DNA of 63,708 bases, counting the filler, from Reticulomyxa filosa (taxonomy: Eukaryota; Protista; Foraminifera): the NCBI GenBank assembly GCA_000512085.1. It is 17 parts of 17 records of this genome, joined end to end, with 100 filler letters (N's around TTAATTAATTAA, not from the genome) between each part and the next. Parts side by side here need not be neighbours in the genome. Positions count along the whole stretch, not along the records: positions 26,009 to 28,911 come from ASPP01026264.1; positions 29,012 to 31,234 come from ASPP01040521.1; positions 31,335 to 32,826 come from ASPP01003879.1; positions 32,927 to 34,248 come from ASPP01005535.1; positions 34,349 to 36,687 come from ASPP01004000.1; positions 36,788 to 37,906 come from ASPP01000244.1; positions 38,007 to 40,503 come from ASPP01007849.1; 10 more parts are not named here. One strand, given 5' to 3'. A model generated the notes under the pieces. The model searched no databases, was not told where the DNA came from, and saw only the letters and a program-made list of their open reading frames with translations. Each line of letters opens with the position of its first letter. The stretch's first letter is position 1. Made by a program: the position numbers and the translations under genes. Below, one piece after another: positions 26,735 through 38,941 of the stretch.

Positions 26735-27234
26735 AGTCTTATTGCAACAGCAATAAAGGTTTTCAAAAAACAAATTTTAAGTGTTTCAATCAAATCTATT
26801 GTTTTCGGAATGTACCATTTTGATGTTTCAATACTTTTGTTGACACCAAATTTTATACAGTAATTGACTTTTCTAAAATTGATTCTAATTGTGTATTGAC
26901 CATGATTTGTCTTTCAGTATCTCGAACAAATTTTTGATTTTGTCAGGGTGTCATGTGAAACTGGGAGCACTAGCAAGTGACAGAAAGCACTCAAAGCATC
27001 ATGTAAAAGAGGCATATTTTGATTGTCCTCATCAAATATATGCACTAGACAAAATGAGTGCAAGGATTCGAGTTAGGTAATGGAATAATTATTGATCAAA
27101 CCAAAAAAGCTATTGTCAATACAGTTAATCAATGCACTAAGAGCTTAAAAAATTTTGAACAAACCTTTTTTAAACTTAATGTTTAGTGTCAGTTAAAAAA
27201 AAAAACTCTTTGACTAAGCTCCATAAAAAAAAAA

Positions 27235-27624
27235 ATGAAACCTTTTTCCCTAACTTTTAAAGAAACTCAACTCTTTCAAATGTACAAGCAAATATTACGT
27301 CGAATCAACAAAGCACAAAACTTACAAGATTTGTCAAGTTTTTTTGTCCTCTTCAGTTTTGAAGAACTGAAAGAAGTTATTATGAACAAATTGAACGTAG
27401 AAATAGAAAAGGGCCAGAAGAACGAAGACAATGCAGACTTTTTTGCAGCACAAAAGAAAATTCGTGGCATGTATTTGTACACAATTCCATTTGATGAAAT
27501 TTTGCCAACGAGCGTATAATTACATATTTTCTCTTTTTTGGATCATGATTCTTTTGAAAATTTACCACTTCTGTCCAGATCATTTTGGCATACATTCTCT
27601 TCGAATCCTATTTTATTCAAAAAG
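27235..27624 (+). pseudogene. F-box-like gene with an in-frame TAA (27517-27519) inside the F-box motif
   Basis: Reading through the stop gives FDEILPTSV*LHIFSFLDHDSFENLPLLSRSFW, which fits LPxxxxxxIFSFLxxxxxxxxxxxSxxF. Confidence 0.6.
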
Positions 27625-27813
27625 GTGAAAAAAAAAAATTTGTTGATAATATATTTTTTTAAAATGTAGTATAATTAGGAGGCATTCATATAAAATCATA
27701 GCAAAGTAAAAAATCATATCAATTAAAGTAAAAAAAAACTTAGTGGTTTCTGTGAGACCCTCTGTTACTCTGTAAGGCCTTGCCTTCTGCTTAGTATATT
27801 ATCTGAAATACCA

Positions 27814-28911
27814 ATGCTTTTGCAATTTTCAGTTGTTCTGTTTTTAATACGTAGTATCGTCGCGAGTGTTGCTGTAACAAGTTTTGATAAGCGACTGTGT
27901 TTCTCCGAGTAGATATGGTTTATTTGCTTGTACTCCCAACTTCGCGCATGTTTATGCTGTATACACTGTTTCTGTTTAATGTAAAGTATATATCGAGTTT
28001 GCGGCAATTGATTATGCATTTGTCATTTTACCTTATTTACCTCTTTCTCCACCTTCAGCGACTTACCCGAACAAGAGAAGTTTCAATGCAACAGTGCCTA
28101 TCTCCAGTGCTATAACACTGGAGTTTGGTGTAAGTAAGGATTTAAGTTCAACACCGAGTTTTATTTGTTATTGGAGCATACCGGACTATGGCATTTCAGG
28201 AGTAAGTGATGCCACATGGCTTAGTTTATTACCCACTACAAGCAATGCTACCGATTTTGGTTAAAAAAAAAAAAAAAAAAAAATGTTGCCCCCCGTCGAT
28301 GTAATATGTACACATACGCGCATACATATATGCAAAAACACAAAACCTTTGGCCCAAACAACAACACTTTGGGCCGCGAACAGGAGCGTATAATACATCA
28401 TCTAAAACGATTACTGGTTGGTCCCATAGTAACGCACATTGGATATGGACTTCAGATCCTAGCCGTTTCGACAAAATATTTTTTTTTTTTTGGGGGGGGG
28501 AGGGGGGGGGGAAAAAAAAACAACTAAAGGTGTCTTTCCCATTTTTTTTTTTTTTAAAAAAAAAAAAAAGAACTATCTTCTACATTTTCAAAGACGATAC
28601 AACTTGGCACCCGCGCTCCCACGCACACTCCAAGCAAATCCCCGACTTCAGCTCAACCTTCCAAACAGCCCACCAACTTACCCTCAGGACGTCCAACAAA
28701 TATGCCAACGAAGAAATTAACCAACGTGCCGACCTCCTTGCCAACCACTCATATACCCTCGCGAGCCCCGACGAATCAGCCAACAAGACGGCCCACTCGA
28801 CTACCGACAACCCAAGCACCTACAAACTTCACCACTTTGGCCCCCACACGCGCACCAACGCATCATCCGACATACATTCCAACTCATACTCCAAGTTCAT
28901 TTCCAACTCAT
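27814..28911 (+). CDS. Putative secreted/surface protein with mucin-like PT repeats; 3' truncated
   Basis: Hydrophobic start MLLQFSVVLFLI and short Cys/Trp-containing exons. From about 28594 the frame reads RAPTHTPSKSPTSAQPSKQPTNLPSGRPTNMPT...APTRAPTHHPTYIPTHTPS. Exon joins are uncertain. Confidence 0.6.
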
Positions 28912-29889
28912 NNNNNNNNNNNNNNNNNNNNNNNNNNNNNNNNNNNNNNNNNNNNTTAATTAATTAANNNNNNNNNNNNNNNNNNNNNNNNNNNNNNNNN
29001 NNNNNNNNNNNTAAGAGTATGAAACATTTGTATTGTAGTGATATTCAATCATTACACGATACTCCTCCTCGTGAAGGAGAATTGCCATCAATTGTAAAAA
29101 GTTGGCCATATCGTCCAGTTCAAACTAAGGCAAACAATTGTTATTTACGAAGTCACAATGTTGGATATAGAATTCGTTTGGATGAAAATCTTTATAAATG
29201 GTTTCGTAATCAAGAAGAAAAGAGTTTTGTGTTTGATAGAAGCAATCACAGCAAAGGAATGAATGAATAAAAGGAAGACCAAGGAAGTCTACAAAGAGGT
29301 CAAAACAAATTAAAGAGAGTAAATGAAGTAAATGCATGTGTAAATCAAGATTCTGCTGATCAAACAAATTATGATGTTGCTACTTTGATTGAAAACATGT
29401 ACAAAATTTGAAAAGATATTGGTTATCCAGGTTTTTTAAATATAAGTATTAATTCTCAGCTTATGTTAATCATGTAAATAATTCACTGTGTGAATTTCTA
29501 ATCTTCAAGAAGGACAAGAGAATGATATATCAAAAGACGTGTTAAAATAAAATATGTATTACAATTTTGAATGAGCAAAATCATAAAAATGACATTACAA
29601 AAATGAAAAGATAGATTTGTGTAAACTTTTATTTATATGGTTACAAAACATTTATTTGCTTTTTCAACCCTTCAAAATGTTTTCGTTCTAAATACATTTC
29701 AAACAAAAGAGACTCGAAATGTTCAGTATTGTAAAATCCAAAGCAAAAAAATTTTGAAAAATGAAGAGTGAGACTTTTGTGTTACCTGTACTATCAATAT
29801 AAAACAAACTGAGCCAATCACAATTTCTCTAACAAAACAAAGAAGAAAAAGTAAAAAGCCTTAAACAAAAGATGGATACATCAAATGAC

Positions 29890-30335
29890 AGGAAAAAAAA
29901 AATTTGATTTACTTACAGTATCATTTATCCATTTGGGATAGATTCAATAATTTAATTATGCTGGTTATTTTGCAACGTAGAAAAATAAATACATGAATAA
30001 TATCTAAATAGGATACAAACTTTTCTACAATTACAAATTTTCATTTAACCTTTGTTCGATGTGTAAATTTTCACCAAATGTATCAAAATTATTTCATTAT
30101 CACGAAATCAAATGGTTCAAATATGGAATGTTCATCAAAGAAAAATTTAATATATTGGCAATGAACTTTACCAGATGAAATATTATTGTGTCATGTTCAG
30201 GATATGATTCAATTATGGGATGTATATTCTTCAAAACAAGTGCAAATATTAGAAGGATATTCCAATAATGTCAATTTTCATCTGATGGACCAACTCTTGT
30301 ATCATGTTCATGGGATAAAATTATCTGACAATAAT
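29890..30335 (+). pseudogene. Collapsed WD40 pseudogene with a remnant of the linker mini-exon
   Basis: Broken segments such as IQLWDVYSSKQVQILEGYSNNV and FSSDGPTLVSCSWDKII*, separated by frameshifts and deletions. Confidence 0.75.
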
Positions 30336-30699
30336 TGAAAAAACAGAAGGAGAATATATCAATTGTATAAATAATATTTAATTTTCCAGGTGAACAGTTT
30401 ATTTTATCATCAACTTCTACCAAATCTACAATGTAAGATGCTTGCACGGTTTTTAGTTTATCAAAAAAGAAAACATCAACTTTGGAAAAAACAAACAAAG
30501 GATTTCATTTATGTTAATACTTTCATTAAGAGAAATAAATTTATTTATTTTAAAACATAAGCAATATTTCTTCACTAACGAAAAAAGCACAAATATCACA
30601 CTTTTTTTTTAAAAAAAATTATTTATTATCTCTGTATCCAATGCGTTTTCTTAGGAGCAAGAACAATATTATCTTGCGCCTCAACACAATACTATTCTG

Positions 30700-31110
30700 C
30701 ACACTTTATGCTTTGAATATCGTTTCGAACTTGATATAATGAACAGTTATCTTTGGATTTTAAAAGTACGTTTCCGATGCCTGTAATCAAATGGTGAAGA
30801 ATCCATACCGTCATGGCTATTTTCTGTATCGCATGGCCATTTTATGAGATCTTGGAGCATTACTTTCACGACATATATCCCAATGAATATTTGTACAGTT
30901 TTTGAAGGCTTCAAGACGATGACAATCAAAAGACTAACGCATTTCATCAATGGGAACTCCTTTTCCATCAGCACATCTCTTTCATTCCCATATGCAGATA
31001 AAATTACAATCAAAGTGTCATAATTCCTGAAGTTTGTACGCAGTTTGTGACTAATTATCAAATCATAAAAAAATCTCGGATGCCTTCTTTTGTAATGCGG
31101 GCTCATATCT
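30700..31110 (-). pseudogene. Decayed caspase-like (C14) gene, paralogous to 44659-45620
   Basis: KLRTNFRNYDTLIVILSAYGNERDVL aligns with KLRKNINEFDSLIIIISGYINNKNTL; downstream sequence is frameshifted. Confidence 0.7.
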
Positions 31111-31404
31111 CATTGTTATGTACATTATAATTACTTGTTTATAGTATTGTACAGTAGAATGCAAAATAAAGTTGACAAATAAAACGGCACCTTATAGAGA
31201 TGATTGATTTTCTTCATGAAAAAACAACATTCAGNNNNNNNNNNNNNNNNNNNNNNNNNNNNNNNNNNNNNNNNNNNNTTAATTAATTAANNNNNNNNNN
31301 NNNNNNNNNNNNNNNNNNNNNNNNNNNNNNNNNNAAAAGGAAATTAAATTAACAAAAATAATTTCAACACAATAAAGAAAAACAAGTAAAGAAAACACAA
31401 AAAT

Positions 31405-31490
31405 GAGTTGTGTTGTGAAGAAGGTTTTAACCCACCGGGGGTCCCACCGTTCAACTAGTGCTTGAGACTGACTTACCCTACACTACTATA
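31405..31490. repeat. Dispersed ~90-nt repeat, copy 1 (copy 2 at 47852-47945)
   Basis: Shared pattern: A-rich tract, tgttgtg..gaa.gttt.a.cc.ac.ggggg..cca...ttc.a.tag ... gactt(a/g)ccc.ac. Confidence 0.6.
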
Positions 31491-32517
31491 TATTCTCCAA
31501 TGCGTGTACATAGTATTTTGATCTTTATATCGTAAGAAAATTGAATAAAACCAAGAAGCAACTTTTATCATTGTTTCAATGTCCGTGATATTATTATATT
31601 TCTTGCTTGCTTTTATCATTTATATAATTTTATTTTTCCACAAAAAAAAATACATCTGACACATATGAAAATTAGAAATGTCAATCCTTTACTGAAATAA
31701 AAAAATCATGAAATTATTGTGTATATTTTCTTAAAAGCAGAAAATTTTTTTGTAACGTAGTTTCAGTTATTCAGATCATTTAAAAAAAAACCACTATAAT
31801 ATGTCTTATCAAGCAAAGCATTAAAAGCTAGTTGCCTGAGAAAATAACAAAATATTGACATTAAATTTTTTGAAAATTTTCGAGGCGTAGCCTGTTGAGA
31901 CAAATTCACGATACTACGTCTCAATTTATGACTGGATCGGTTGAAACAAAATCATAGTCGCAATCATAATTGAGAATTAACAAAATTTCTACAAACTTTA
32001 TTTATTGTTGGATTTAAAGAAAAATTGATGAATTTGGGTAGCATTTTGTTAGCTATTGCAACTTTTCTCCATAAATTTATTTGATTTTTTATTGTTGGAT
32101 ATGCCTCGCTGAGGTGAGTCCTTATCGCAATCACTTAAAAAAAAGATCATATAAAAAACTTAAATATCTTAACAGTCAAATCTCACGTGCTAATAAAATG
32201 CGTAGTTTCACTTTACCAAATAGCATTTATATCGCAGCATTTTCAACATTATATAAAAACAAATTTTGTTTACCACAATATGAGGAAGAAGGGAAGTACT
32301 GAGAACAAGTTTTTTTAAAAAAAATGATACATGTAAACGTCCTCCAACAATTATGCATATTGCTGTGTAGTTAGATTAGAAAATAACGAAATTAAAACTT
32401 AAAAGGCATTTGTCATTGACGCCATTTAAGTAAATTATTATTTGTGTTTGTTATTTTTGGTGGTCCTTTCACATCATCAAGCGACCGGGAACGCTGGGAA
32501 TATCCGAATCAGCGAAT

Positions 32518-32826
32518 GTGAATACGAATGCAAATGGAGATGGAAATAAGCATATAAGAACATGGAATACAAATAGCCTTCAGAGCAGTGGAACAAATCA
32601 ATACCGAGTAGGAACGATGTCGATGAATGTAAGAAACGCGGACATGAAAGAAAGCGAAAGCAAGAAAAGCGGAACGAATTACTCGCACGTGATAGCAGAA
32701 AGCAATACTTCATGCACTGACGACGAAGACGAATTGTCCGTGGAAACAAATCTGCAAAGCTCGATGTATACTACAGTTGTGATCAGTCCAAACCAACAAC
32801 GACGACCGCAGTTTACGACGAAACAG
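32518..32826 (+). CDS. Hypothetical S/N-rich protein fragment, 3' truncated
   Basis: Open frame to the contig end with coding-like GC content; no domain recognised. Confidence 0.4.
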
Positions 32827-32926
32827 NNNNNNNNNNNNNNNNNNNNNNNNNNNNNNNNNNNNNNNNNNNNTTAATTAATTAANNNNNNNNNNNNNNNNNN
32901 NNNNNNNNNNNNNNNNNNNNNNNNNN

Positions 32927-32966
<40 letters not shown>

Positions 32967-32982
32967 TATAAATAAATAAAAA

Positions 32983-33370
32983 TTAGTGGATGAAATTAGC
33001 AAAGGAGAAGGGTTGAAAGGGACGTCCATCGCCGTGATAGAACTTGTTTTGGAACTCGACCCAGTGCAAGCGAAGAGCATGCAAGAAGCATTCCAAGACG
33101 TCCATGAGGAGCAGAACGCCGAGAGTGAACATTAAGAAAAGAAAGGTGGAGACGACGTTCAAGACGACGGCAGTGGGCCCAGTGGAGGTGAGTGTCATCC
33201 CTAAAGTTTTGGAGAAGAACACTTCAGACAGTTGAGCATGAGCCAAGCTTAAGGCCCACAATCTCAAATAAGACGCAGTATTTGAAATGGTGCCTAGCAC
33301 ATACTCAATGGTATGAATGAGTTGATGAATAATTATGTCAGTGTGGGATTCATCATGAGATTGAAGATTA

Positions 33371-33430
<60 letters not shown>

Positions 33431-33554
33431 TATTATTATTATATTATTATTATTATTGTTGGGAGGATGTTTTTGGAGCAAAGGGGGCATGACCTCGGCC
33501 TCATGAATGGGCTGCTCTTGATCGGTGAAGAGTGCGTGTGTAGAGTGTCGAGGA

Positions 33555-33587
<33 letters not shown>

Positions 33588-34240
33588 TGAAGATAGGGAC
33601 ACAGGAAGATGAAGATGCAAGGCTTGACGCAGAGCATGACGGGAATACTGAGAACGAGGAGGAGCAAGAAGGCGATCTGGACTTGGGCTTGCACGTGGGC
33701 ATGATGGAAGATTTGGACGGAGGAGTCGACATTGCCAGGAGCCAAGAACATGCGAATGAGGATGGTGATGATGGAAGGAGTGTCGGGCAGAGAGGACTGC
33801 GTCCAGTCGATGCACCACTTGTACACGATCAAAAACACCATGTAGCCAAAGAAGCAAAGCATGAAGACGAGTTGCGGGATGAACTCAAAGACAATGGAGA
33901 GCCAGTCTTGCTCTTGCACGTGATTGGCTAGTTTCAAGCACAAGCCAAAAGTCATTTGCGCGACGCCGATGATTACAGACAGCTTCATCTTTAAGCTGTT
34001 TGAAAACGCCAGTTGGTTGTCCACCCCACTCCAAGCGGGATCGAGTCCTATCGCGTATACATTGCGTTGGACCATTACTGTCTGTCCATCCGACACTTGG
34101 CCGTGTTGCCATTGGGTCCCGTTCCATCCGTTTATCATTATCGAAAACACGTCGTTATAAATCATGCCGCAGTACGTGGCAAATATACCCATTAGTATCA
34201 GCACGTATCTGGCAAAGTAAAGACTATCCCACAATGACGA
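32983..34240 (-). CDS. ATP6V0A: V-type H+-ATPase V0 subunit a, C-terminal membrane half
   Basis: [75 protein letters not shown] (essential Arg present) and [16 protein letters not shown]. The frame slips inside an (AAT)n tract at 33372-33457. Confidence 0.96.
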
Positions 34241-34359
34241 CGACGACGNNNNNNNNNNNNNNNNNNNNNNNNNNNNNNNNNNNNNNNNNNNNTTAATTAA
34301 TTAANNNNNNNNNNNNNNNNNNNNNNNNNNNNNNNNNNNNNNNNNNNNTTTTTTTTTTT

Positions 34360-36600
34360 TTTTTTTTTTTTTTTTGATGTGAGAGATATGGTGTAATCGC
34401 AAAATCGCAAGTTTTGGAAACAAGTGACGCAAATACTATGATATACATATACATATATATATATATATGTTATATAATAAAAGCTTGGCTGAGTATTCAA
34501 TAAAAGAAATCGAGCCACATTTTGAGAACATAAAGAAAGTGCTGGAGTCGGCGCTGCAAGATAAAAAGGTGGAGGTGCAAACGGCGGCAGTGAAGTGCTT
34601 CGGGTCGGTGGTGACAAGCATTGGAGAAGAGTCGAAGCTAAAAATGTTTGGCGGAGTGATGGCAGAGGTGGTAAAGGCTTTGAACACGAAAGACGAGAGA
34701 GTGGTGCAATCGAATTTGGAATGCATTTTGCGAGTGACAGTGAACAAGTCACAGTTGATCCAAAGCGTGGAAGTCCCGTTGATGAAGATCTTGATTGCCA
34801 TATGTCGAAGCACGTCGGCAGAGTTTGACACGCATCGATTGGCGTTGGAAGCATTGACATCGATGTCAAAGTCGGGCGGAGATATTCGAAAGAACGACGA
34901 CTACGTCCGACAATGTGTGCAGTTGTTGTTTATGTTTTGTAGTCGATACAATGAGGAGTTGAGTTTCGACAATGTGGATCATGACTTGGAACAAGAGTAT
35001 ATCTTGTATGGAAGAGATTGTGCCAGAGACTTTTGCGACTTGGTCGGAGGACACATGTTTAGCAAACATGCACTGCCTATTGTCCGTCAATGGCTCAGCT
35101 GCAACAACAAGCTGTGGAAGGAGGTGTATGGCGCCGTGGTGCTGTTGACAGGCAGCTTGAGCCACTTGCACTTGACACCAGGGTTTCAACTCAAAGGTAA
35201 CGAAAAGAAAAAACAACGTAAAAATGGTAAGTCGTCATCGACTCTGTACGACGAAAAGTCCAAACATTTGTGGACCATCTTGAATATCATCTGCGAATTG
35301 ATCATCAAGTATGAACGTCCCGAAGTGCAGTTTGTCGCGCTGCTGTGGATACAACGTTGCTTCGATGTGTACAAAGACACATCTCCAAGGCCTGGAGCGA
35401 CACCTTGCTTCGCACCTTTTGCGACAAACTGGAACACTGGGTGGCCGCGCAAGCCAAGATCGCCAAAACCCCCAACGTCGCGTCTGCGCATCCGCGCGTC
35501 ATTGTCCAGCTGCTGTCCACCATTGCACACTATGGAAACAATGGGGTCAAGGATGAAATGGTCAAATATAGCGATCGCATGTTGAAATGTTGTTATGAAA
35601 TACTTGCCAATCAAAAGACTTTATTGCCATCATCGTCATCATCATCATCATCATCATCAACAATAACAACAACAAATTCTTCTTCTTCTTCTTCATTTCC
35701 CTTGTCAATATTGGAACAAACAGTTCTTGTAGTTGGCACTATTGGCTATTGCTTGGACTCGGACTTTGACTCGTATTATGCTCGATTTATGAAGATAATA
35801 ATGGAGATACTAATGAACAGCAATCACGAGTCCACACAGGCGGTGAGGGGGAGAGCGATGGAGTGCATCGGACTGATGGGACAAGCGGTCGGACCCGACC
35901 GATTCAAGAAAGATGCTCATCAACTGATGAAGTTGCTATTGCCCATGCGGAGGTCATTGCAAGAAGCCAAAGACAACACTGCTTACAATTCATTGAATCA
36001 ACTGTTTGCTCGCATTTGTCAGGCCATTGAGGAAGAGTTTGTGCAATACTTCCCGCAAGTCATCCCGCATTTGTTAAAAAGTGCCTCCATCGACGCTGGC
36101 CATATTGCGTCCCGATGAACAGTCCCCCGCCGATGCCAACTTTCATGTCCTTACCATCCATCTTCGTGGCGTCGGAGATGCGGCCGTGTCGTTGAACCCA
36201 TTTCGCTGGAGGAGAAAACCACGGCTTGCCAAATCCTCTATCAACTGGCACACGACCAGCCGCTCGGGTTTTTCCCTTACGTGTTGGACGCCGCCAAAAT
36301 CATGTGCTCACTCATGAAGTTCCCGTTTCACGACAATGTCAGAGTCTCTGCCACGCATATTCTGTTCATTTTGTTGAAGTCGATCGTGATTGGCATGCAA
36401 GACGCCAAAAGTAAGAAGAGCAATAGCAACAATGATAGCACGTCCTCCTCCTCCTCCTCTTCGTATTCCTTGACCGATGAACGTGTACAACAAATGCAAA
36501 AGATTGTGCAATTCATTTGGGATCCTTTCAAAGAGGCTATTATCTCGGAAAGAGATTTGTGTGAGTTATTGCCATTATTGGAAGTCTTGGCCAAAGTATA
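34360..36600 (+). CDS. IPO5: Importin-5 / karyopherin beta-3 (Pse1) family HEAT-repeat protein, internal part with 3 apparent frameshifts
   Basis: VRGRAMECIGLMGQAVGPDRFKKDAHQLMKLL, ARICQAIEEEFVQYFPQVIPHLLKSA and LEEKTTACQIL...FFPYV...LMKFPFHDNVRVSA are importin-5 motifs. Frame changes occur near 35375, 36112 and 36203. Confidence 0.88.
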
Positions 36601-36787
36601 TATATATATGTATATATGTATATGTATATTTTTTTTGTTTTTTTTATTATTATTATTTATTTATTCCATTTATTTTGACTTTGCTTGNNNNNNNNNNNNN
36701 NNNNNNNNNNNNNNNNNNNNNNNNNNNNNNNTTAATTAATTAANNNNNNNNNNNNNNNNNNNNNNNNNNNNNNNNNNNNNNNNNNNN

Positions 36788-37600
36788 GATACTTGTCAAA
36801 GATTTCACATTTTGCCTCATTAAATCCAATTCTTGAAGTGCCTTTTGAACGTCTTTGACATTCGAAAATATCACCTTCACAACTGGCATACCCTTCAGGA
36901 TTCGATATTTCAATTATTCAGAAACGTAATCTTTTCTGAAGAAAGGGATGCTTTGTTTCTTGTTCTTAGATTCTTGCTTTTCGTCATTGTCCAATCCTTG
37001 TGAATTGGATTGCTGTCTTGAATTGAACTGTTCTGCGATTGTCAACCTTCATTTGACTTTGAAAATGCACAAACAACGTTTTCCATGATTGCGAAAACGT
37101 GTATGCTTTCAATTGTAAAAACCAATCTTTTCTTGTTTTCTTGCTTTCCTTCCATATATTTTCATCGTTCAGTTCCTCTTCCTTTTTTTCGGATAGATTT
37201 GGAACAATCATTAAGCATCTTTGTAAAATTTGAGTCTTTTGTTTCTTGTTTGATTGTATCCTTTCGTTTTCAATATTGTCATCATCGAGCTTTAATCTTT
37301 TCAAATTCCTTCGATCAATCGGTTTGATTTTGACAGATGGTCTTCTTTTGTTTGCATTGTCAATCATTATTTCATCATTATTAATCGAATGATTTACTGT
37401 TCTTGCGCTTTGATGAAGGGGGCTATATATTTTTTTTTCCCCCACATGTTAGAAAAAGTGATCTCTTCCTCTTTCTTCATCCACTTGCATTTGAGAATAT
37501 TGTTTTTTAGTCCTTCTCTTCTTGATATTCATATCGGGAATGTCATCATTTTCCGGCAGTTTCCTTTTCTTTGCTCTGTTTGCGTTGCCATCAATATCCA
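36788..37600 (-). mobile_element. Probable decayed non-LTR retrotransposon ORF1 (gag-like) N-terminal relic
   Basis: Basic disordered N-terminus interrupted by a stop and frameshifts, then ILKGMPVVKVIFSNVKDVQKALQE, which resembles the pre-zinc-knuckle region of LINE ORF1. No introns seen. Confidence 0.45.
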
Positions 37601-38199
37601 TGGCTGATCGTCCTCGTAACAACCTCACAAAAATGATAGGCTTTCTTGTTATCACAAAGCTAGCTAAAAGACTCTTTCTTTTGGCTGCACGTGCCTCAAA
37701 ATTGGGTGGAGTTATGCCTCACCCAAAATAAACTGCGACAATTACGTTGCGATAGAGTAACAAAAGTTGAAAGCCACACTCCAATACAAAAAATTCAACT
37801 ATAAAAATCTTTATATCACTGTAAAAAAAAATTAATTTTACTAGTAAAAATTTTTTTTCAGGTTTCTTGAAACGATTTCGCTTGGACTTTCGAGATCTTT
37901 CGAAATNNNNNNNNNNNNNNNNNNNNNNNNNNNNNNNNNNNNNNNNNNNNTTAATTAATTAANNNNNNNNNNNNNNNNNNNNNNNNNNNNNNNNNNNNNN
38001 NNNNNNAAATTTTTTTTTTTTTGAAAAAAATCTCCGAATTTTTGTTTGTTTTGTCTCTGTTTTTTTTTTTTTTAGATTGCTGAAAAAGAAATGACGAAAA
38101 AGAGGCAAAGGGAATGACATGCAACTTGAAGTGAGGCAAAATTTCTTGAAAAGGGTGGTCATGACAAAATGCGATGCAACGTTTAGCACTCCATCTTTT

Positions 38200-38559
38200 G
38201 TGACACTGATATAATTCTAGAATCAGTTTGCTCATGTCCATAAAATATGCGATCAGTCGGCGAGGAATAGCACGTATTTTGTATATTATGACATAGGCGT
38301 CACAAGGTTGAACATTGACGTCGGGAACCAGAGAATTACTGCTAGACAAAGTGTGTGGGTAGATTATGTGGGGATGCAGTATTGCAATATCTTCTGCTGA
38401 TTGACCCCACCATTGAATTTTACATATCACTGGTGTCTCTTTTTCTGTGAAACGAGTGTTAAAAGTCACTTGTGACACTGTCAATTTCAGTTGTCCCCTC
38501 ACTTTTCCCTGCACTTTTGGTGGTAATGTTGCCTTGGATTTGTCTTTGGGCACAAGCAT
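38200..38559 (-). CDS. C2CD3: C2CD3-like protein, N-terminal C2-type domain; 3' end cut by the contig break
   Basis: LPPKVQGKVRGQLKLTVSQV...KIQWWGQ...YKIRAIPRRLIAYFMDMSKLILEL follows the C2CD3 N-terminal pattern LPPxVxGxxRxxLKLTV...WWG...YxIR..P.....Y..DM..LxLE. Confidence 0.8.
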
Positions 38560-38941
38560 TTATTTAGACAAAGGAAATTCTTTCTGAGGTTTTGAAGTGG
38601 AATATTTTTTTTGGTTTTGTTTTGGAACAGAACTCACGTTTGCCCCTCCTTCGTTTTCGTTAAAAGTACCGGTAGGTTGTTCCCGTCTTTTTTTTTGTAC
38701 AAGCCACTCGTTTTTTTTCTGTAAAGAGATAGGAGACTTGACTAATTAGGCTAGAGTGGTGTTGCTGATATCCTCAGTGGAGTGTGTAATTTGACCAGAG
38801 AAAACCTTTTTTGTCTATTTTTGTTTGAAAATGCATAAGATGCGAGAAGATGGACTTTTGTGGATTGGTCCTGCTTTTGTTGTTTTTTTAAGTTTCCTTT
38901 CTCCCTGCCACATCTTTTTTTTTTTGTGTGCGGGCAAAAAG

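Noticed and set aside
29012-29340. Transposase tail with an AT-hook-like KGRPRK motif
   Set aside because: It is short, interrupted by stops, and has no DDE, SWIM or terminal inverted repeat evidence.
31405-31490. tRNA gene or hammerhead ribozyme in the dispersed repeat
   Set aside because: There is only a loose A-box-like tagtgtaggg on the minus strand, with no GTTCRA B-box, no cloverleaf and no CTGANGA/GAAA core.
35370-36210. Programmed ribosomal frameshifting or RNA editing in importin-5 (also NRDE2 near 57415, caspase near 45297, BACK near 53830)
   Set aside because: The shifts go in both directions, share no slippery motif, and each is fixed by adding or removing one base in a short homopolymer (AAA, CCC, TTT). 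That is the signature of pyrosequencing-type errors; raw reads would settle it.
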